From an uncultured Clostridia bacterium (GTDB lineage: Bacteria; Bacillota; Clostridia; Christensenellales; UBA1242): DNA of 52,642 bases. Shown here in pieces: positions 39,126 to 45,730 of the stretch. Numbering within the stretch: position 1 is the stretch's first letter; every line of letters begins with the position of its first letter. The notes under the pieces were generated by a model, which was not told the DNA's origin, did no database searches, and saw only the letters and a program-made list of their open reading frames with translations. Both the position numbers and the translations under genes were made by a program. Location: positions 1-52,642 of the forward strand of contig CALVNK010000001.1 in assembly GCA_944349615.1 (NCBI GenBank), read 5' to 3'.

Positions 39126-39251
39126 AAAAAATCTGCAATTTAATTACAACTTTTAAAGATTGTTTAAATATTTAAATGCTTTATAATTTTTATTTTTAAA
39201 AAAATCCATTTAAAAATTTGACAAATTATATTAAAATGCTAAAATATTATC

Positions 39252-39665
39252 ATGAAAAAAATTTTAAATAATATGGCACATTTTAGAGTGTGGTTTCTAA
39301 AAGGCTTAAATGATCTAAAAGATTATAATTGTCTTTGCGTTAATCTTTATGATGATGAGGATGAAGGGGTATATTCTTGTGAACTTGTCGGCACAAATAA
39401 ATTTTGTAAAGATGGTAGTGACTGGAATTTTGATGAAGAAAAGGTATACAGCCGAAAAAATCCATTCATTCTTTGTGATAAAACGGAAATTGATGACGAC
39501 ACAAAAGTATTGCTTTTATGCAAAACTTTAATTGAGACTATTTTAGCAGATAAAAAAATATCACAAATTACAAAAGATAAATCACTTGCTTTCGGTTTTG
39601 TGAACGGTAAAATGTATTTTGTCAATTTGGAAGATGGGAAGGATCAGTATAGATATATGGACTGA
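39252..39665 (+). CDS. hypothetical protein, possibly on a leaderless mRNA
   Basis: No SD. TTGACA (39218-39223), a 16-nt spacer, then TGcTAAAAT (39237-39245), ending 6 nt before the ATG. Confidence 0.45.
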   Translation: MKKILNNMAHFRVWFLKGLNDLKDYNCLCVNLYDDEDEGVYSCELVGTNKFCKDGSDWNFDEEKVYSRKNPFILCDKTEIDDDTKVLLLCKTLIETILADKKISQITKDKSLAFGFVNGKMYFVNLEDGKDQYRYMD

Positions 39666-39779
39666 TGAGATTAACAAGACAAAAATCTCTATAATAAAAC
39701 AAGGAAATTGTAATATATAAAATTTTCAGATATAGGCTTTTAAATATTATCGAAACAAAACTATCTTTAAGGGGAAATT

Positions 39780-40349
39780 ATGATTACTATAAAAAATAAA
39801 AAAGACTCTATCATAAAAATGAAAGAATTAAAATTGAATTATTTTCCTCTTGATTATTTTAGCACTGAGGATATTAATGGGATAAGAGCGTTCTTTGAGA
39901 AATATACAGCAAAAGAATATGTATTACGTACTATCAACAAAGCAAAGGGACAATATTTTTATGTATACAGTTTCCAAGAGGCAGTCGAAAAATTGAAAAA
40001 TTTTGATAAAGAGTTGACAATCAGTGTCTCATACAATCCCTACAAAGAAAATATAGTACTAGTCGGTGATATAAAGGTACACAAGGGCTACGATGGAGAG
40101 ACAGTTGACCTTACCGCCAGAACTGATCAGGATGCGACGCATAGAAATATCTATGAAAATCCACAATACAATCTTCATGCATCACTAGAAGACGACAAGG
40201 TTTGGCGTATACCTGGTTTTTCAAAAATTATGAGATATATAATAGATCACGAACTCTATGATGTTATAGTTGAATTTGCCGTTTACAATTGCAAACTTGG
40301 CATAAATAATGAAAATGTGGTTGTGACAGAGCTTCGAACAGGTTATTAA
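39780..40349 (+). CDS. hypothetical protein
   Basis: Good SD (AAGGGGAAATT) before the ATG. No family recognised. Confidence 0.5.
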   Translation: MITIKNKKDSIIKMKELKLNYFPLDYFSTEDINGIRAFFEKYTAKEYVLRTINKAKGQYFYVYSFQEAVEKLKNFDKELTISVSYNPYKENIVLVGDIKVHKGYDGETVDLTARTDQDATHRNIYENPQYNLHASLEDDKVWRIPGFSKIMRYIIDHELYDVIVEFAVYNCKLGINNENVVVTELRTGY

Positions 40350-40402
40350 TCAAATGGTTTAATATAAAAAACCAAAAATTTAATATTGTTAGCAATTAGA
40401 TA

Positions 40403-40435
40403 GCCGATTTCTGCATCGGCATTTTATATTTTTAT
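40403..40435 (+). terminator. rho-independent terminator
   Basis: GCCGAT-TTCTGC-ATCGGC followed by a T-rich tract. Confidence 0.55.
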
Positions 40436-40512
40436 GTTTAAAAATTTAGTTTTTTTGCTTTTTTTCTGCCATAATACTTTATAAATTAATATCATTATGT
40501 AAGGGTGACTAC

Positions 40513-41157
40513 TTGAAATTTAAAGAGTTTATTTTGTCTTTAAAAGATAAATCAAAAAGAACTGTTGTAATAACATTTTTAACGATGTTATACAATTTTT
40601 TTTGGTCTATTGCAAAGATCCTCCTTGGTGCATTAAGTGGAGGTTATTTCTTTTGTGCGAGCGGTGTTGTCACATTATTAATCGGATTTATAAAATATAT
40701 ATTCTATAGAAATCATGATCATGACAGCATGAATGTCAAAACACAAAAAAGCATCAAAATATGTATATTGCTTATAGTGATTGGACTGCTTTATGCCGGC
40801 TATATGTCTACGCTTTTTATTTATCCACAACTTGAGCAATATGATTTGATTGTTGCCATTGCAATTGCCACTTTTTCTTTTATAGAACTTGCCATCTCAA
40901 TCAGGAATGCTTTGATTGATAGAAAAAAAAGGGACACGCTTTTGTCAGCACTACGAAATTGTAACCTGGCATCTGCAATATTTGCGATTGTGCTTACTCA
41001 GGTTGCGCTAATGACAGCACAGGGAGAAGATGCATCAGTAGGTTGTGCAATATCTGGGATTATTGCAGGGGCAATTGTTTTAATAATAGCGCTCATCTAT
41101 ATAATCAAATTGAAAAAACGACAGAAGGAAGCAATGATGTTTGAAGAACAAAATTAA
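40513..41157 (+). CDS. hypothetical polytopic membrane protein
   Basis: Five to six hydrophobic helices. TTG start after AAGGGTG. Confidence 0.5.
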   Translation: MKFKEFILSLKDKSKRTVVITFLTMLYNFFWSIAKILLGALSGGYFFCASGVVTLLIGFIKYIFYRNHDHDSMNVKTQKSIKICILLIVIGLLYAGYMSTLFIYPQLEQYDLIVAIAIATFSFIELAISIRNALIDRKKRDTLLSALRNCNLASAIFAIVLTQVALMTAQGEDASVGCAISGIIAGAIVLIIALIYIIKLKKRQKEAMMFEEQN

Positions 41158-41182
41158 TCTTAATGTTTATGCAAAAAATCAA

Positions 41183-41211
41183 TTGACAAAAAAAAACAAA
41201 TATGATAATAT
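41183..41211 (+). promoter_or_regulatory. promoter candidate for tRNA-Ser
   Basis: TTGACA (41183-41188), a 17-nt spacer, then TAATAT (41206-41211), 19 nt upstream of the tRNA 5' end. Confidence 0.45.
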
Positions 41212-41229
41212 AAAAAAGTATTGAAAAAA

Positions 41230-41320
41230 GGGGAGATACTCAAGTGGTCGAAGAGGCGGCCCTGCTAAGGCTGTAGGTCGGGAAACCGGCGCGAGGGTTC
41301 AAATCCCTCTCTTCCCGCCA
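41230..41320 (+). tRNA. tRNA-Ser (anticodon GCU), class II with a long variable arm and encoded CCA
   Basis: Manual fold. Acceptor GGGGAGA/TCTTCCC. Anticodon stem CGGCC/GGCTG with loop CTGCTAA. Variable arm about 19 nt. T-arm GAGGG-TTCAAAT-CCCTC. Discriminator G + CCA. Confidence 0.85.
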
Positions 41321-42879
41321 AACAATTGTCGTTTGAACTCAAACGGCAATTTTTTATTTTCTTCTTCAATTATCTCGACTTCTTTATTATAAATTGTTGT
41401 TCCATCATCATTATCATCAGTAGTATCATTCTTTGTGTTTATGTGATAAATTTCTTCGCCTGGATTAAGACTTGTGTTATACACAATTGTAATTTTATTA
41501 TCATACAAAACTACTTTTGTTATAAAGTTATTAAAAAAATCATTTCTATCAGTGGAACTATTAAACTTTTTCTTAGCATAAATGTTTAAAAAGTTAATAA
41601 TTTGTTGTTTTTCTAGTGGTTTTATTTGATGTGCTTCTTCATAAGCAATTTGTTCTTCAATTTTCTCTTTTTCATTTTCAAGTTTTAAAAGTCTTTCTTG
41701 TGTGGATTTTGTGCAAATTCCTTTTTCAAGAGCATCTAATATTGCATTAATTGCTTTATCTTTTGTTTTTAATTCTTCCTTTAATTTAGCTAAAATTGCA
41801 TTTTCACTTATCTCACTATTAAATCTTGATACGACAACTTCTGCAATACTATCAATTACTTTTGGCTCTAATACAAATTTTTTTGTTTTTTCAAAAACAA
41901 AGTTCTCTATATCATCTTTTTTAACATTATGCTTATTACATTTACATAATTTTTTCTTTTTACCTGAGCATTTATAATATTTATATATTCTTCCTGTTGC
42001 GCTTGTTCCTGTTTCTGCTGTCATCAAATGATAACATTCTCCACAATAAAGTTTTCCACTTAAAATATATATTTCATCTACTTCTTTGCAAGTTCTTTGT
42101 CTATGTTTGTGTTTATTCATAATTTCATTGCAAATTCTAAAAGTATTTTCATCTATAATAGGTGGAAAAACATTATTATATTCTTCGCCATCAATTACAC
42201 ATTTCCCTGTATATTTAATGTTTCTTATCATTTTAGATATTATATTTATTGAGAAAGAATAGCCGTTTTTAGTTTTTAAACCCTTATTATTTAGGTCGTC
42301 TACAATTTCTTTTATTTTCTTTCCATTAGCATAACTTTCAAAAATACTTTTAACTATTGCACTTTCACTTTCGTTTAAAACATATTTCTTATCAACAACA
42401 TCAAAACCATATAAAATATATCCGCCAATATAGTTCCCTTTCATTAAACTTTCCCTAATACCTCTTTTTACTTTTTGAGACAACTCTGCCGAATAGTATT
42501 CTGCCATACCTTCAAGAACACTTTCCATTAAAACACCGCTCGCATCGTTTGAGATATTTTCTTTTGCTGAAATTACTCTTACATTGTTCTTTTTAAGTTT
42601 TGCTTTATAAGTTGCACTGTCATATCTATTTCTTGCAAATCTATCAAGTTGATAAACTAGCACAAAATCAAAATCATGACTTTTGCTATCTTCTATCATT
42701 TTTAAGAACTCTGGTCTTTTGTCTGTTGTTCCAGATAAAGCTCTATCTATATATTCACCAACAATAATTAAATTATTTCGTTTTGCATAAGCATAACATT
42801 CACGAAGTTGACCTTCAATAGATTGTTCTGTTTGACTATGAGAACTAAATCTCGCATAAATAACTGCTCTTTGTTTCAT
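41299..42879 (-). CDS. large serine recombinase (resolvase catalytic domain + recombinase/zinc-ribbon domains + coiled coil)
   Basis: AVIYARFSSHSQ (catalytic Ser), DRFARN, CGECYH...YYKC zinc ribbon, C-terminal coiled coil. The last 7 codons overlap the 3' end of tRNA-Ser. Confidence 0.9.
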   Translation of the reverse strand: MKQRAVIYARFSSHSQTEQSIEGQLRECYAYAKRNNLIIVGEYIDRALSGTTDKRPEFLKMIEDSKSHDFDFVLVYQLDRFARNRYDSATYKAKLKKNNVRVISAKENISNDASGVLMESVLEGMAEYYSAELSQKVKRGIRESLMKGNYIGGYILYGFDVVDKKYVLNESESAIVKSIFESYANGKKIKEIVDDLNNKGLKTKNGYSFSINIISKMIRNIKYTGKCVIDGEEYNNVFPPIIDENTFRICNEIMNKHKHRQRTCKEVDEIYILSGKLYCGECYHLMTAETGTSATGRIYKYYKCSGKKKKLCKCNKHNVKKDDIENFVFEKTKKFVLEPKVIDSIAEVVVSRFNSEISENAILAKLKEELKTKDKAINAILDALEKGICTKSTQERLLKLENEKEKIEEQIAYEEAHQIKPLEKQQIINFLNIYAKKKFNSSTDRNDFFNNFITKVVLYDNKITIVYNTSLNPGEEIYHINTKNDTTDDNDDGTTIYNKEVEIIEEENKKLPFEFKRQLFGGKRGI

Positions 42880-42895
42880 GTGACCTCCTTAATTT

Positions 42896-42969
42896 ATTCC
42901 TAATACGGAACAATTATATCATTCCTATATAGGAATGTCAATGACTTTATTCCTAAAAAGGAATATAAT
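42896..42969. promoter_or_regulatory. divergent promoter/operator switch between the recombinase and XRE genes
   Basis: Three ATTCC-N6-GGAAY dyads at 42896-42911, 42921-42936 and 42949-42964. Minus-strand promoter: TTGACA (42941-42936), 17-nt spacer, TATAAT (42918-42913), with the perfect palindrome ATTCCTATATAGGAAT filling the spacer. Plus-strand promoter: ATGACT (42941-42946), 17-nt spacer, TATAAT (42964-42969), ending 6 nt before the XRE ATG. Confidence 0.65.
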
Positions 42970-42975
42970 ATAGTT

Positions 42976-43179
42976 ATGGAAAAGTTTGCAGAAAGATTAA
43001 AGGAATTAAGATTAGAAAAAGGACTTTCAATATTTGCACTTAGCAAGGCGACAGGGCTTGGTGTTGCTTCCATTTGCCGTTGGGAAAACTGCCAAGCCGA
43101 TGTCAAAGGTTCACAGCTTGTTATTCTTGCCAAATTTTTTAAAGTTTCAATAGATTATTTAATGGGGCTGGAGGATTAG
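42976..43179 (+). CDS. XRE-family helix-turn-helix transcriptional regulator (cI-like)
   Basis: LKELRLEKGLSIFALSKATGLGVASICRWENCQ is the HTH_3 pattern. No SD; apparently leaderless. Confidence 0.85.
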   Translation: MEKFAERLKELRLEKGLSIFALSKATGLGVASICRWENCQADVKGSQLVILAKFFKVSIDYLMGLED

Positions 43180-43180
43180 T

Positions 43181-43735
43181 ATGGTGGTTGAGATTATAAG
43201 TATCGTTTTAAGTTCGGTTTTATCATTAATTGCGGTTGCTGTTTCTATAATATCAATCAATAAACAAACCAAGAGTCAAAATATAAATGCAACAATACAA
43301 CTTTTTGATAAAAGGTTTGAGATTTACAACTTTATGACAGATGCTTGGTATATTGTTGGATTTTTTGAAGGTTTTAAGAAAGGCTTAAATATTAATGACA
43401 ATAATAACACCTATAACACGATAATACAGTTAGTTAAGAAATGTAAACTTTCGCAGGACATATTGAACAGGATTGAACTCGCAAATGCAAATAGCAAAAG
43501 ATATCAATATATGCAGGGGCTGTTATTTTCTGGGAAAGTCAGAGATTATTTAGGTAAGTTTTTATCTAATTTTTCGATATATATAAATGGAATATATTTT
43601 AAAAGAATTACAGACAAAGAGAAGACTGAAAAGGCATATTGCGAAATTATGAAACTTCATAAAACTCAAAAATTAGATATGGAAGAATTGATGAAATTTA
43701 TAAATCTATCTGATGTAAAAAGATTAGATATTTAG
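43181..43735 (+). CDS. hypothetical protein with a single N-terminal TM helix, co-transcribed with the XRE gene
   Basis: The ATG is 1 nt after the XRE stop. VVEIISIVLSSVLSLIAVAVSIISI is a TM helix. No family recognised. Confidence 0.5.
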   Translation: MVVEIISIVLSSVLSLIAVAVSIISINKQTKSQNINATIQLFDKRFEIYNFMTDAWYIVGFFEGFKKGLNINDNNNTYNTIIQLVKKCKLSQDILNRIELANANSKRYQYMQGLLFSGKVRDYLGKFLSNFSIYINGIYFKRITDKEKTEKAYCEIMKLHKTQKLDMEELMKFINLSDVKRLDI

Positions 43736-43950
43736 TCTTTCTTAAACAAATTTTCAGGTGCGAGATTATTTATATCTCCACCTTTTTTTGTGTAGTCAAT
43801 AATACGATTTGCAAGTGTTGTTCCACATGACTTTAAAACAGACGGATAAAAATTTGTTTTGCCTTTTCTTTCTCTATTATATTTGAAATATATCGTTTGC
43901 ATATTCTTTGCATAATATGGCTCTGTTTGTCTTTGTTTTTTATTAGTCAT
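43732..43950 (-). CDS. small basic hypothetical protein (72 aa)
   Basis: The internal ATG at 43950 has the SD AAGGAGAATT. The track ORF (to 44052) extends upstream without an SD. Its stop overlaps the stop of the convergent gene. Confidence 0.4.
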   Translation of the reverse strand: MTNKKQRQTEPYYAKNMQTIYFKYNRERKGKTNFYPSVLKSCGTTLANRIIDYTKKGGDINNLAPENLFKKD

Positions 43951-44133
43951 AATTCTCCTTTTATATAATAAGTCGAAAACGGGTGTCCCGTTTGTCGCAA
44001 TAAGGGGAACTGATACAAATTGATACACTGTTTGAGAAGATGTGATGCACAAAATCTCTTGATAAATAAAGGGATTTGAAACATGTAATGTGCAATTTGA
44101 GTCAGTTCCTTATCCTGCCTCTTATAAATTTTA

Positions 44134-44634
44134 CTAATTTTTATCATCTTTTTGATTTATGTCAACTTCATAATCATAATAAGCAAACATCTTTTCTTTG
44201 CTGTCAACAAGTTTTTTTGGCAGTTTATTAAAATAACTTTCAAGATATTTATTAAAAACTTTCTTATCATTTTCTTCCATTTTAAACATTAAAAAGTTAT
44301 ACATCTGCCTTAACATTACTTGATTTACTTCTTCATTTGCATAGGTATTCTTTATAAAAGGTTTGCTAAATTTTATAAAGTAATTCATTCTTTTTGTGTG
44401 TTCATGTATCGCATCTAAAAGAGTTTGTTTTTCATTCTTCAAAGTCCAGTTATCGTTTTCTTGTTTTTCTAAAACATCAATTCCAATTTTTATAACAGTG
44501 TTAAAGAAATTATTTTTTGATACATTGCACGGCTTATAAAACTTGTTATACACTTCATTTAATTTACACAATACCTTTTCGCTTTTAATTCTTATTAAGT
44601 TTTCTTTTGTGATTGCATTGTTTTGATTTTTCAT
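44134..44634 (-). CDS. hypothetical protein with a ribbon-helix-helix-like N-terminus
   Basis: LIRIKSEKVLCKLNEVYNKF...SKNNFFNTVIKIGIDVLEK fits a strand-helix-helix pattern. GGAG is 6 nt from the ATG at 44634 and abuts the ATG at 44640, so 44634 is preferred. Confidence 0.4.
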   Translation of the reverse strand: MKNQNNAITKENLIRIKSEKVLCKLNEVYNKFYKPCNVSKNNFFNTVIKIGIDVLEKQENDNWTLKNEKQTLLDAIHEHTKRMNYFIKFSKPFIKNTYANEEVNQVMLRQMYNFLMFKMEENDKKVFNKYLESYFNKLPKKLVDSKEKMFAYYDYEVDINQKDDKN

Positions 44635-44672
44635 TTTCATCTCCTTTTAAGTTATTTACGAAAGTGCTTTTT

Positions 44673-44736
44673 TTACATAATTATCCTCCTTTTAAATTAA
44701 AATTTTTAAAATTTAATTTTACATTTCACACCTCCT
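44673..44736 (-). promoter_or_regulatory. two start-stop mini-ORFs (AGGAGG-N6-ATG-TAA) in the leader of the RHH-like gene
   Basis: Minus strand: AGGAGG (44736-44731)-N6-ATGTAA (44724-44719), and AGGAGG (44690-44685)-N6-ATGTAA (44678-44673). An 8-bp AT-only inverted repeat lies between them. Confidence 0.5.
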
Positions 44737-44753
44737 ATATTCATTCTACAATT

Positions 44754-45067
44754 GTCGTTCGGACACCATTTGTCACAGCGGAAAAAGTTTTTTTAATTTT
44801 TAACTTTTTCTATTTCCTGACAAAAGATATTTTTTAATAAAGTGATTTTTAACCACATCTTAGCATTCTCGCGGGGACACCATTTGTCCCCACGGGAAAA
44901 TATTTTTATATTTTTACATAGTCGCGTGTTCACCATTTGAACATGCGAGAAAAGCTTTTTCTAACTGCAAGTATAACAATGTCGCATTATCACCATTTGA
45001 TAATGCGGAAAATTAATTTTCACTTGTATTATAAAAAAGTCGCATGGACACCATTTGTCCACGCGAC
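44754..45067. repeat. array of five stem-loops with an invariant CACCATTTG centre and covarying arms
   Basis: Copies at 44754-44781 (degenerate), 44868-44896, 44921-44949, 44981-45008 and 45039-45067. Consensus GTCGC-N5-CACCATTTG-N5'-GCG-(A/G)-(G/C)AAAA. Centres are spaced 114, 53, 60 and 58 nt. Confidence 0.8.
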
Positions 45068-45075
45068 AAAAATTT

Positions 45076-45107
45076 AATAAAAAAAGCTTAACTTTTTGTT
45101 GAGCTTT
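45076..45107 (-). terminator. terminator candidate for the MazG-helicase-methyltransferase operon
   Basis: Minus strand: AAAGCTCAAC / GTTAAGCTTT stem (one mismatch) followed by TTTTATTAAATTTTT. Stem-loop copy 5 (45039-45067), followed by T6 on the minus strand, could act as a second terminator. Confidence 0.45.
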
Positions 45108-45730
45108 TAGTTTTTCTTTTGAACTAAAATTTCAAAAACCTTTTTGGGTTTAGAATATCTTAGCATATCTGCTTCTTTTACTTTTGTATCACCAATAATT
45201 GAGAAAAATTTAACGGCATCTTGTATTGTGAAAAATCTTTTATTATATCCTTCAACATAGTAAAAATTTTCTTCCAGCTTTTTACCTTGACCTGCACCAT
45301 GATTTATATCTTCAACAGAATTAACCCTAGCAATTAAATAGCCATTTGGAGTAAGAATTCTTTTAATTTCTCTCATTATATTTTTTGTGGTGTTTTCATC
45401 AAAATAATGCAAACTTAAATCGGCAATAATTAAATCAAAAGAATTGTCTTCAAAGGGCAAGCGCTTTGAAATGTCAACAATTTTAGTTTCAATATTGTTA
45501 AATTCTTTATTTATTTTTTCAATTGCAACATCAGAATAATCACAAGCAATAACACCAAAACCTTTTTCTGTTAAATAAAGAGTGTCATTCCCCGTGCCAC
45601 AACCTAAATCCAATACTTTTGTTTTACACTTATTTAAAACATCTTTGTAATCATCAAGCCAATTATCATAAACAATTTTGCCCGATGAAAATTTTTTGTG
45701 AGTTTCATTCCAATAATCTTTAAACTGCAT
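45107..45730 (-). CDS. class I SAM-dependent methyltransferase (Methyltransf_11/25-like, small-molecule/RNA type rather than DNA MTase)
   Basis: Motif I VLDLGCGTGNDT, acidic post-I residue (ACDYS), DLIIADLSLHY. No (D/N)PP(Y/F) or cytosine-5 PCQ/ENV motifs. Its ATG overlaps the upstream stop as TAATG. Confidence 0.75.
   Translation of the reverse strand: MQFKDYWNETHKKFSSGKIVYDNWLDDYKDVLNKCKTKVLDLGCGTGNDTLYLTEKGFGVIACDYSDVAIEKINKEFNNIETKIVDISKRLPFEDNSFDLIIADLSLHYFDENTTKNIMREIKRILTPNGYLIARVNSVEDINHGAGQGKKLEENFYYVEGYNKRFFTIQDAVKFFSIIGDTKVKEADMLRYSKPKKVFEILVQKKN

Noticed and set aside
44613-44837. 74-aa plus-strand ORF across the leader and stem-loop region.
   Set aside because: It runs antisense through three SD-ATG modules, has a low-complexity translation and has no SD.
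44754-45067. The stem-loop array as a CRISPR array. The unit layout GTCGC-stem-loop-stem-GCG-GAAA resembles type I-C repeats as I remember them.
   Set aside because: The repeats are not identical to each other (the arms covary). The inter-repeat segments are only about 20-27 nt and all begin with the same A-run/T-run. No cas genes are in the window. Kept as an unexplained repeat instead.
44134-45067. Type III toxin-antitoxin (ToxIN/AbiQ-like): a repeat RNA array followed by a protein of about 170 aa.
   Set aside because: ToxI-type repeats are near-identical direct repeats of about 34-36 nt without spacers. The 166-aa protein shows no resemblance to ToxN/AbiQ as I recall them and has an RHH-like N-terminus.
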